Source of the DNA: Dehalococcoidia bacterium
Lineage (GTDB): Bacteria; Chloroflexota; Dehalococcoidia; Lucifugimonadales; UBA3495
Length of the DNA stretch: 64,000 nucleotides
Assembly (NCBI GenBank): GCA_963665735.1
Contig: OY762444.1
Span: 1,068,231-1,132,230, forward strand
Direction of reading: 5' to 3'
Shown here: positions 8,985 through 17,332 of the stretch, in pieces
Numbering within the stretch: the first letter of the stretch is position 1
Layout: each line of letters opens with the position of its first letter
Program-made: the position numbers and the translations under genes
The notes under the pieces: model-generated
Database searches by the model: none
What the model saw: only the letters and a program-made list of their open reading frames with translations
What the model was told of the DNA's origin: nothing

Positions 8985-10952
8985 ATGCAAGAAGCATACC
9001 AACGACTACTAGAGACCGCGCGGCTCAGGTTCTTTTCCGATGCCCTAATTTTGAAAACCCTTTGCGCGCCTGACTCGCTGCAAGACCTGGAGGACATCCG
9101 CCAGTCCCTCGGTATTCAGCGGCGCCGGGGCAAAGATTACTACCGCTTAGTTAACGGCTACAAGCTGGTCGTTGCCACCCCCATTTACTCCCTGATTGAC
9201 GACATCATCAACTTATCCCCTCTGGTCGGGCTGGAGATTGACAACAGGCTCGCCGAGTGGTGGGGATGGCGACGTGACTCGGAAGGCATTCCAACACGCT
9301 CGGCCTTCACGTTTCCCGATTCCAACCTCGCTGACCTGGTCGTATCTATTCAAGACCTAGCAATGCAGTTCCCCAAGAGCGATAAGTGGCAGTCCTTCCA
9401 AGAAGCAATAGGGAAGGCATACACTTTGGGCGAAAATCTGTACGAGTCTGCCTTAAGTAGCTCTGTGTCCTGGACCCAGGGACAACTTGAAGACCTGGAC
9501 ACAGTCGAAGCGTTAAGGAGGGGTGCCATAGAACGAGTCGATGACTACCTGGAGACTGGCATAATGTCATCCGCCTACAAGTTCGCTTGGGGTCACAACA
9601 ATCACCCAGAAACTATCGCACCGGAAATCATGGATGAATTCTGGCAGAATACGGAAAGCCATCTCGACTCACCCCCTTTACCCATTCCGGAGAGAAGAAG
9701 GACATTGAATTGGGATAAAGGAATTTGGGCAGCCGTATCGATTGCACTAACCCGTTTGGGATTTGAAGGCCGGGAGGCCATCGATGTCCCTTCTTTGTTC
9801 AATACATATATAGAATCTCCGGCCCAAGTGGAGGATCGCCTTCGCAACAAAATGAACCGCAACTGGCCTAGCCAGTTGTATGGGCTTAACCAGCCGTCAA
9901 GCATCCCGTTGGACCAGCTAATTACTGCGAAATGCTCCGTACCGAATATACATCCGGAAGAACGGTTACAGGCATTAGTCGGCAACGAAGAAGGTCGAAT
10001 ACTGGGAAGCTACCCGTTCGACGCCTTTCATTTCCCGACGTTTCTTGAAGCCGCCTGTAAATTGGTACCGTACGATAACCGTATTGAGGTCATTCGGGTT
10101 AAACATCCGGTGTTAGAACCTAGCGAGTTGACCTGGTACTCCATCGCAATAAGGATCGCGCGATTCGGCTTATTTTCCAATTCTTCCAAGTGGTGGGTAT
10201 TTTACAAGGCTCACGGCTTTGGTCAGATGGCTGACTCAGAGGTGTACCACGCGGAACGTCTGGTAAATGAGAGTCTTGTAAAGCTAGCCGACCGAATAAA
10301 CCTGATCGAGTTTGAAGAAATCGACGAAAGGTTTTTCCTCAGTCTCTTTGAGCCACGTGCATGGCGAGCAATGCTTGAGAACGTAAAGGGGATACAACAC
10401 GAGAATTCAGACCTAAGGGGAGTTTTGCCAGAACTACTGGCTACGGAATTGCTTGCCCGTCGAAACTATCACCTAATCAGAACTTCATTTAAGCCCCAAG
10501 CCCCGGGAGGATTAGAACTGGATTCTCTGGGCGTCCGCCCGGTCTCCGACGGTGGCGAGTGCCTGGTAATGGAAATCAAAGGACAGTCAAGCACTGACAA
10601 AGTGCTGGAGCAAGAATTCGAACGTTTTGCCTGCAAGGTCAGAATCTTGAAGAATCACCTTCCTGAATTAGCTCGGGAAATCGGCTATGCAGGGGAAATC
10701 CACAAAATCTCCGGCACTTTCGTATCTATGGGACGCCCCGGGCGTGAATACAAGGATCCGGATGTAACTTTTTGGGACTACGACGACTTCATCACAGAAT
10801 TGCGCGGAGCAGGAATCCCTCGCCGGCTTTATGACCGGGTACGGCCTACCCCCGTATATCGGTTGATCGATTTTGCTACCGATGCCTGGTTCCAAGTCAA
10901 CGATAACGAAGGCCCTCCCGACGTTAATGGCCCTCGGGGGGGAATAACCTAG
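8985..10952 (+). CDS. Hypothetical protein with a C-terminal PD-(D/E)xK-like nuclease motif
   Basis: 655-aa ORF. The C-terminal segment GGLELDSLGVRPVSDGGECLVMEIKGQS matches the D...E-x-K pattern. Confidence 0.75.
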   Translation: MQEAYQRLLETARLRFFSDALILKTLCAPDSLQDLEDIRQSLGIQRRRGKDYYRLVNGYKLVVATPIYSLIDDIINLSPLVGLEIDNRLAEWWGWRRDSEGIPTRSAFTFPDSNLADLVVSIQDLAMQFPKSDKWQSFQEAIGKAYTLGENLYESALSSSVSWTQGQLEDLDTVEALRRGAIERVDDYLETGIMSSAYKFAWGHNNHPETIAPEIMDEFWQNTESHLDSPPLPIPERRRTLNWDKGIWAAVSIALTRLGFEGREAIDVPSLFNTYIESPAQVEDRLRNKMNRNWPSQLYGLNQPSSIPLDQLITAKCSVPNIHPEERLQALVGNEEGRILGSYPFDAFHFPTFLEAACKLVPYDNRIEVIRVKHPVLEPSELTWYSIAIRIARFGLFSNSSKWWVFYKAHGFGQMADSEVYHAERLVNESLVKLADRINLIEFEEIDERFFLSLFEPRAWRAMLENVKGIQHENSDLRGVLPELLATELLARRNYHLIRTSFKPQAPGGLELDSLGVRPVSDGGECLVMEIKGQSSTDKVLEQEFERFACKVRILKNHLPELAREIGYAGEIHKISGTFVSMGRPGREYKDPDVTFWDYDDFITELRGAGIPRRLYDRVRPTPVYRLIDFATDAWFQVNDNEGPPDVNGPRGGIT

Positions 10953-11421
10953 CCTCCAATCAGTGACTTTGCCCAGTGGCACAGGAACATCCGCCCACGA
11001 CCAAAGAGCCGGCTAACTGGTTACTGAGTCCTGCCTCATTTATCCCGTTGTATCCCCCGTGAGCACGGAATCCCAGCCGCGGCGGAAAACGAAATACTTC
11101 ACAGGATGAGACGTTTTCAGTTACCGCTCAATAGTACCCCTAGTTTCGCCATTTTCTCGGATAAACACATCCTTTTCCAAGAACGCTACTCCGATTATGA
11201 ATATATTGCGAGCATCCTCAAAAATTGACACAACAGCATAGGACATCTGGTTCAAACCAGCACCGACAAAGTTACCCTCACAGAGGTTGAACCGATGTAT
11301 CTCTGTAACCAATTGGAAATCCGGGTTTAATAGTCAAACTCCCGGTTGCCAAGTAGTGGAAGTCGAAGACATAATAATCCACGGGGTCGAAGTCGCCTGA
11401 CCGTCAAAAAATCCTGGCCGA

Positions 11422-11847
11422 ATGCTCGACCACACAGAGGACATTCCTATGCCTACATTCCGCGATTACGAGTTCGAAGGGCACAACCTGTCGCACCAGG
11501 AACCCCACGTCCGCGGCCTAGGCTACGGCCAGTACTCAGACGCCCTGGAAATCGACCCTACCGACCGTCAACGTTTCAGCGAACTGGCCGACCGATGGGA
11601 AGAAGAAACCATCTTCTTGTCCAACTCAGAACGGGCCGTCGCCCACCCCGCCCACCAGGAAATCATCAGCATGGGCGAGCCAGTGGTTCAGCTAGTTCTG
11701 GAGCGGATGCGTTCCCAAGGGGGCCACTGGTTTGAAGCATTGCAACGGATAACGGGAGAAGACCCAGTATCGCCGGCCGACTACGGCAACATTGCAGCGA
11801 TGCAGAATTCCTGGCTGCAATGGGGCGAAGACAATGGATACGCTTAG
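11422..11847 (+). CDS. Hypothetical protein
   Basis: 141-aa ORF whose stop overlaps the start of the next gene. Confidence 0.65.
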   Translation: MLDHTEDIPMPTFRDYEFEGHNLSHQEPHVRGLGYGQYSDALEIDPTDRQRFSELADRWEEETIFLSNSERAVAHPAHQEIISMGEPVVQLVLERMRSQGGHWFEALQRITGEDPVSPADYGNIAAMQNSWLQWGEDNGYA

Positions 11848-12286
11848 GTGGATGACATGGCTGAATATGTCGTTCCCCAAACTTCGCGACGAAGGATTCA
11901 CCGTAATAGACCCGCCATCAGACCTTTACAACTGCATAGCGTACGTCGCGGGAGATGCAAGCCAATGGTGGGATCATACAACCCGCCGCTATTGGCCATC
12001 CTACGCGATGAGGTCTGAGCGAATTGAAAGCCTGATTGAAGTATTCGCAGGGTTGGGCTTCGAGCGATGCAACGACAGTCAAGTCGAGGACAGCTATCAA
12101 GAAGTAGCGCTGTACGAAGAGCAGGGATTATGGACCCACGCTGCGCTACAAATGCCCAACGGACTATGGCGCAACAAGATGGGCCGAGGACCGTTAATCG
12201 AACACCTCAACCCGGAGTCGCTTTCCAGAGGACCGTACGGAGATCCCGCCGTCTTTATGCGAAGGACCTTGGACTTGACCCAATGA
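11834..12286 (+). CDS. Hypothetical protein with a Cys/His (papain/NlpC-like?) signature
   Basis: The internal ATG at 11834 overlaps the upstream stop. YNCIAYVAG and WTHAA could form a catalytic Cys/His pair. This is inference only. Confidence 0.65.
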   Translation: MDTLRWMTWLNMSFPKLRDEGFTVIDPPSDLYNCIAYVAGDASQWWDHTTRRYWPSYAMRSERIESLIEVFAGLGFERCNDSQVEDSYQEVALYEEQGLWTHAALQMPNGLWRNKMGRGPLIEHLNPESLSRGPYGDPAVFMRRTLDLTQ

Positions 12287-12305
12287 AGGGAATCCAAGTA
12301 CACCT

Positions 12306-13787
12306 ATGAAGAATGAATTCTTTGAGAAAATCCTCAACGCAGAAGAGGGCAGGCCATTCAACACGACCGTCTCCAGTAATGGGGATGAATTCGATACCAT
12401 CGCACAAATATCAGAAGGTGAAGAAGGCGAGCTTAACGTCACGTTGCAATCGTACATAGGCCCGTTTTTGGATTCAAACGATACCGAAACGACAATGATC
12501 CTCCCAACGCTGCCGAGATTCCGGCTCGACCCAAGCTCTTACGACATCACGAGTGACAAGACTGGAAGAAAAGTCCCCTTGTACTTGGGAGGTGGTCCAC
12601 AGGTTTTAGGTCCAGGTATTGAACACCAAAGGGTAATTGACGGCAGAAATATAAGCCTAGCAGAACCAGTAAGGGCAAAGACCCTAACCCTGTGGTACGA
12701 GGGAATCTGGGCGGAAGACTGGCGCACTAATTCAGACAAACAGCAAGTCACCATTTCCCACGAAGATTTCGCAGTTTCTAAAGTCCCTCCGCACGGCACA
12801 AACAACTTCTTCATTGAAATCACCAAGCCAACGCCAGGGAAACCTTCAATTGAATGGGACATCAGCGATACCTTTCAGGGAGTTATTGTCCGAACCGACA
12901 AGGGCAAGCCATTCGTAAAAGTCGCAATAGCTCCAGCAAACGGCCGGGATATAACGTGGGGCGATTACATAGCTAGAATCGAGGCAAAACACGAAGACCT
13001 TGAGATAAAAGACATCGTCTTACACATCTGGCGAACTGACGAATCCGAAATGGACCTAGAAGCAATCACAGCATTGGAGAAGACCATCAGCTACAGCCTA
13101 TCGTTTATGAACAGTGCTTGGTGCAGGCCAAAGGTAGCCATTGCATGGAGAGAAACTTGGTCCGACTCGGTTTGGCGCGGAACATGGGTGCCAGTATGGG
13201 GCGCATGGCAAACTACCCGGCCGACAAAGCAGGACCGGAATAAGAACTGGATGCCCATAGTGACAAACGCCGAAAAAGTGCTGGAGCAAGTGTTAAGGAA
13301 CATCAGGAAAGACCACCACCCCGTGATAGAACGGTACGTGCATAACACTATGGCTCTGGACAGAGGAGATTGGACAAGCTCAGTCACCGCATCGGTGGCT
13401 ATCCTCCAAAGGCTGGCTATAGATTCTGGTTTCAGGATTGAACGCAGGGGCCTAGAACTGTGGGATGGCATAGCCAAGTATCTGAGGTCTAAAGCAGTTG
13501 AGAGGCCTTACTACTACATAGGATGGGGAGAAGAAGCCAGGCATCTCATTGAGATGGGAGAACCTCACGACCACTTGGTGAAAGCAATAACCGAACTGCG
13601 AAACCGAGTAACAGCGCACTGGGTAAATGAACCTTCCGACAACGCAAGTTGGCTGGGACAACAAGCTGTTTACTACGTGGAATCCGCCCTGCACGCTGAA
13701 CTTGCTCCGAAAGTTCCAATGTGGGACAGAACCAGAGCATCCCACCACCCACCCAAGTCGGACCCGTCAGAGGAAATAGAGAAATAG
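12306..13787 (+). CDS. Hypothetical protein
   Basis: 493-aa ORF with non-repetitive composition. No motif recognised. Confidence 0.75.
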   Translation: MKNEFFEKILNAEEGRPFNTTVSSNGDEFDTIAQISEGEEGELNVTLQSYIGPFLDSNDTETTMILPTLPRFRLDPSSYDITSDKTGRKVPLYLGGGPQVLGPGIEHQRVIDGRNISLAEPVRAKTLTLWYEGIWAEDWRTNSDKQQVTISHEDFAVSKVPPHGTNNFFIEITKPTPGKPSIEWDISDTFQGVIVRTDKGKPFVKVAIAPANGRDITWGDYIARIEAKHEDLEIKDIVLHIWRTDESEMDLEAITALEKTISYSLSFMNSAWCRPKVAIAWRETWSDSVWRGTWVPVWGAWQTTRPTKQDRNKNWMPIVTNAEKVLEQVLRNIRKDHHPVIERYVHNTMALDRGDWTSSVTASVAILQRLAIDSGFRIERRGLELWDGIAKYLRSKAVERPYYYIGWGEEARHLIEMGEPHDHLVKAITELRNRVTAHWVNEPSDNASWLGQQAVYYVESALHAELAPKVPMWDRTRASHHPPKSDPSEEIEK

Positions 13788-13804
13788 CCAATTTGAGGAT
13801 AGCC

Positions 13805-13845
13805 AAGGGGCAATTTCAAGGGTCGCCGATACCGAAATTGCCCTT
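13805..13845 (+). terminator. Stem-loop after the 12306 gene (no U-tract)
   Basis: GGGCAATTTC (13808-13817) pairs perfectly with GAAATTGCCC (13834-13843) around a 16-nt loop. It starts 18 nt after the stop codon. Confidence 0.3.
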
Positions 13846-14132
13846 CTCGACAAGCCACAGCCGATATGCTTTGGCAAAGAAGATAGTCAGACTTAGTCAA
13901 AGCCCAGTCGCATTACACCAAGTGACCAGACCGGCCGGGGATTAAAGCTAGACTCACCCCAACCCACTCCTTGAGTAGTAAGAACTACCTGGCAGAAGGG
14001 AGGAATTTCCTCCGCATCCCACGCCAAGGATGGGTTGAAGTTTCCAAATCACCCCCAGTTCAAACGAAACGCAACAGCTTCCCACGCGCCAAAAACGGTC
14101 CGGCCCCAGCGCTGAAACCCAGGACAAGAAAG

Positions 14133-14498
14133 ATGCCCAACTCCATCCGCCGCCTCTGCATCATCCACTTCCAGTGCCCCCTCTGCGGCCTGGACCACGA
14201 CGACCAGATCTACGTCACCATCCCCGCCGACAACCTGGACGAGTACGTCGCCCGGCTCAGGACCTTCGCCCGGGACTGGGAATCCATCGAGTCCAACCTG
14301 ACCGAGGCCGTCATCCGGTTTCACCGGGAGCAGGGAGACCTGGACCGGCTCACGGAGCGGGACGGCAGGTACGGCCTCCACGAAACCCGGCCACCGACTC
14401 TGGGCCTCACCCCCGAAAGCGAATACACCTGCGCCGACTGCGGTCAGGTGTTCGAGAGCAACCCCCTGCTGCAGGAACACATGAAGTCTTCCCACTAG
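14133..14498 (+). CDS. Small protein with a C-terminal C2H2-type zinc finger
   Basis: Internal ATG at 14133. N-terminal CPLCG and C-terminal YTCADCGQVFESNPLLQEHMKSSH (C-x2-C-x12-H-x4-H). Confidence 0.6.
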   Translation: MPNSIRRLCIIHFQCPLCGLDHDDQIYVTIPADNLDEYVARLRTFARDWESIESNLTEAVIRFHREQGDLDRLTERDGRYGLHETRPPTLGLTPESEYTCADCGQVFESNPLLQEHMKSSH

Positions 14499-14533
14499 CC
14501 GGCATCAGGAAACCACCTCAAAGGATACGGAAA

Positions 14534-15010
14534 ATGGCATACGGAACGGCCCGGGTGGTCGCCTGGGCGCACTCTGAAAAGGAAGCCGAGAACCTGGTAA
14601 GAAACTACGTCGACGCGAAGATGGACCAAGCGGACAACATCGGTCAGACCCTGGCCTGGCTGCCCATTGAGTACGACGACGAAACGGAAAGGTTCGGCAG
14701 ATTGAGAGCCGGCGACAAACGGGGCGGGATAGACGCGCTGGAAGAAGCCATGCGCAACGGACGGGAAACCAGGCCCGTCAGGACGGAAATCGACGGGGAC
14801 GGAGGCTACCTGGCCACGGCGCAAGTCCTCGGCGCCTGTATAACGGTAGAGGACAGGTGCTACATCTGTAAGAAGATGATGTGCCTGGGCTGCCAGAACG
14901 TCGGGCTGATCCAGGCGCGTCCGCAGGGCGATGAACGAATCTGCTGCCGGGAGTGTCACGACACATTCCGGGAATTGATGCCGGACCGGCGCCCGCAACA
15001 GGACGGGTAA
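14534..15010 (+). CDS. Hypothetical Cys-rich protein, paralogue copy 1 (MAYGTARVV family)
   Basis: 158 aa, clearly homologous to 15355-15819. Shared segments: MAYGTARVVA, GQTL(A/T)WLP(I/L)EYDDETERFGR, C-x-IC...CLGCQ(N/D)VG...CC..C.DTFRE(L/M)MP. Confidence 0.7.
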   Translation: MAYGTARVVAWAHSEKEAENLVRNYVDAKMDQADNIGQTLAWLPIEYDDETERFGRLRAGDKRGGIDALEEAMRNGRETRPVRTEIDGDGGYLATAQVLGACITVEDRCYICKKMMCLGCQNVGLIQARPQGDERICCRECHDTFRELMPDRRPQQDG

Positions 15011-15027
15011 CTGCGGGAGGACCCAGT

Positions 15028-15121
15028 CCCCGACCCCGAAAGCAAGTACACCTGCAACCACTGGGGGCGGGTGTTCGAGGCCAATCCCCTGTTGCGAGAC
15101 CACATGAAGTCCGCCCAATAG
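15028..15121 (+). pseudogene. Decayed copy of the C2H2 zinc-finger 3' end
   Basis: PDPESKYTCNHWGRVFEANPLLRDHMKSAQ-stop aligns with LTPESEYTCADCGQVFESNPLLQEHMKSSH-stop of 14133-14498. The second Cys and last His are lost, and there is no upstream ORF body. Confidence 0.5.
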
Positions 15122-15354
15122 CCGCCGACCCCGCAGGAATCCCCCTGCCGGTGAACCCGATGCGAAACGCCCCAACCTCCAACCCCGGGGAATCCCATCC
15201 CCATTGCCTCCAATCCCAACCGGACCGGGAACAAGCATAACGCGCCGAATCCGGCGCCGAACTCCCCAAGCCGGCCCCGCGGCTGCTGGACGAACCCGCC
15301 GGGTCCGTGGAACACTGTACCCGGCAAGACCCCCCCTGAACAAGGAGAAGAGAA

Positions 15355-15819
15355 ATGGCCTACGGAACTGCCCGGGTCGTCGCCCGCGCGGAATCGGCCG
15401 CCAGGGCCGAGAGCCTGGTCAGGAATTACATCAACGAGCAGATCGACTACGCCATCAGCATCGGCCAGACCCTGACCTGGTTGCCCCTCGAGTACGACGA
15501 CGAAACCGAAAGGTTCGGACGCATCGACGCCGGCGACGCCCAGGCCGGCCTGGACGCCCTCTACGACGCCGAGTACGCCGGGAAGGAGACCAAGCCCGTC
15601 AACATCGAAGACGCCGGGGGCGGGGTCTCCCTGGCCACCGCCCAGATCGGAGGCTCATGCCTGACCATCGACGGCAAATGTCACATCTGCGGGGAGGTAC
15701 TGTGCCTGGGCTGCCAGGACGTGGGAATGATCATGGTGGTCCCCGGGGAGCGGGAACAGCTCTGCTGCGACAAGTGCCGGGACACCTTCCGGGAAATGAT
15801 GCCCGGCATCCCCAGGTGA
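15355..15819 (+). CDS. Hypothetical Cys-rich protein, paralogue copy 2 (MAYGTARVV family)
   Basis: 154-aa ORF after the RBS GGAGAAGAG. Paralogue of 14534-15010. Confidence 0.7.
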   Translation: MAYGTARVVARAESAARAESLVRNYINEQIDYAISIGQTLTWLPLEYDDETERFGRIDAGDAQAGLDALYDAEYAGKETKPVNIEDAGGGVSLATAQIGGSCLTIDGKCHICGEVLCLGCQDVGMIMVVPGEREQLCCDKCRDTFREMMPGIPR

Positions 15820-15916
15820 GGGAAGGGGACGAAACCATACGGAAAGTTCCCAAGTTAAACTGCAACCAGCCCACCCCGTGGAAGACTCTTACTGAAACCC
15901 AACAAAGGAAACCTAT

Positions 15917-16471
15917 ATGACCACCCTGGCCGCCTACGACAACCCCCACCTGGAAACCCTTCCCCACCACATACGCCGGGAGTTATTCCCCGACAGCCAA
16001 CCCGGAGACCACCCGGAACTGGAAAACGTCCTGCTGCCGGAACTGGCCGGAAAACTGCGCCGGGACCTGCTGGAACGCCGGAGAAGGGCCGAGGAAGACC
16101 TGGCCCTGGCCCGGAGCCACGCAGTGGAAACCCTGGGCAGCGAAGGAATCGACGAAGACGGGAAACTGACCCCCACCAGACGGAACACTCCCGTGGGCCG
16201 GGCCTACGAAACCGCGAGGGAACGGGCGCGAACCCTGACCCACGACCCGGAGAGCGCCGAGGCCCTGGTATTCCTCCACCTGAACCGGTTCTTCTTCGGC
16301 CTGGGAGACACGTCGTCGGGAGAACTCCGGGAGAAACTGGACACCTACCTGAAGGACAGGGCGCTGCACCTGGATACCTTGGCGGAACAGGGTGAATACT
16401 TCATCCAAGTGGCCCTGGCCGTCCGGGACCTGGGCCGGAGGATAATCGACTTCGTGGAGGAGCACAGGTAA
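15917..16471 (+). CDS. Hypothetical protein
   Basis: 184-aa ORF. Confidence 0.6.
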   Translation: MTTLAAYDNPHLETLPHHIRRELFPDSQPGDHPELENVLLPELAGKLRRDLLERRRRAEEDLALARSHAVETLGSEGIDEDGKLTPTRRNTPVGRAYETARERARTLTHDPESAEALVFLHLNRFFFGLGDTSSGELREKLDTYLKDRALHLDTLAEQGEYFIQVALAVRDLGRRIIDFVEEHR

Positions 16472-16585
16472 TAAACGCGCAGCTCGCCCCAACCTGGGAC
16501 GTTCAATTCGCCAACGTGGTTATTCGTGTGGAAGGGATGTTCAACCAGGGAATCCGCCACCAAAAACACCAAGCAGGGGTGAGAA

Positions 16586-16993
16586 ATGTCCCAAGAGAAC
16601 CTGATGGATTCAATCCGGGCACGGAAACTGGTCCACGCTCACCAGGATCACACAATACGCGGGACCGCGGCGATAATGGCCCAGAGCGACTTCTCACAGG
16701 TCCCAGTTCTCAGACACGACGGAACCCTGGAATTCGTAGTCACCTGGGAAGTGATAGCCGCAGGAATGATGAGTGGAACATCCGCGGATGCCAAAATCAG
16801 TGACCTGGCCATCATCGCTAACCTGTCGCAGCAGACCTACCAAATCTTCGAGCTTACAGGGAACGACGAGAAGGACGAAAATACAATAAGGGAACGGCTG
16901 AAGATAATCCCCTACGTGCTGATAAAGACAGGAATCGGAGCAATCCCATTCATAAATTCAATAGCGACGTTGTGGGACCTAGCCACACGTTAA
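16586..16993 (+). CDS. Hypothetical protein, possibly a single CBS-like domain
   Basis: 135-aa ORF. The segment TIRGTAAIMAQSDFSQVPVLRHDGTLEFVVTWEVI resembles a CBS motif. Confidence 0.55.
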   Translation: MSQENLMDSIRARKLVHAHQDHTIRGTAAIMAQSDFSQVPVLRHDGTLEFVVTWEVIAAGMMSGTSADAKISDLAIIANLSQQTYQIFELTGNDEKDENTIRERLKIIPYVLIKTGIGAIPFINSIATLWDLATR

Positions 16994-17044
16994 TCCCGTA
17001 AACAAGCCAAGAAACGTCAAAGAGGTCGAACACCCCCAAACCGA

Positions 17045-17073
17045 TTGACCGGCCCCAAACCCCGTGTTATCCT
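17045..17073 (+). promoter_or_regulatory. Candidate sigma70-type promoter (TTGACC-N17-TATCCT)
   Basis: TTGACC at 17045-17050 and TATCCT at 17068-17073, with an exact 17-nt spacer, in an ORF-free gap. Confidence 0.3.
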
Positions 17074-17197
17074 GAAAGAGAAATGAAACGCCAAGACCTC
17101 CATAACCACCGCCGTCCCACGTGCGGCATGAACCCTGAGCCGGGAGACCCACCCGACTCGTAGAGAACTGCACCCACCGCAAACCCGCACCAGACGA

Positions 17198-17242
17198 GGC
17201 GGGAAGTTCTCCGAAACAGGGAAACTTCCCGCCCTTATTTTT
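17198..17242 (+). terminator. Rho-independent terminator
   Basis: 11-bp perfect stem GGCGGGAAGTT / AACTTCCCGCC (17198-17208 / 17223-17233) followed by CTTATTTTT. Confidence 0.6.
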
Positions 17243-17332
17243 CCCCATAATGAAAACCGGGCCGGGGCGCCCCCGCCGTAGGGCCGTCGCGCCCCGTCAC
17301 CCCACCAAAAAATCCAGCAAGGCGGACCAACC

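Noticed and set aside
11121-11400. A minus-strand 63-aa ORF plus an adjacent frame (GDFDPVDYYVFDFHYLATGSLTIKPGFPIGYRDT...) in the gap before 11422.
   Set aside because: The two protein-like fragments are in different frames, lack a start codon and are bounded by stops. This is probably the remnant of a decayed gene, and there is not enough evidence to annotate it.
193-13787. Classification of the first gene block as DISARM or BREX.
   Set aside because: No DrmA/DrmB (DUF1998) genes and no PglZ, BrxC or BrxL-like genes are recognisable downstream. Only the SNF2/PLD and methylase parts match. The upstream flank is unseen, so the question stays open but cannot be asserted.
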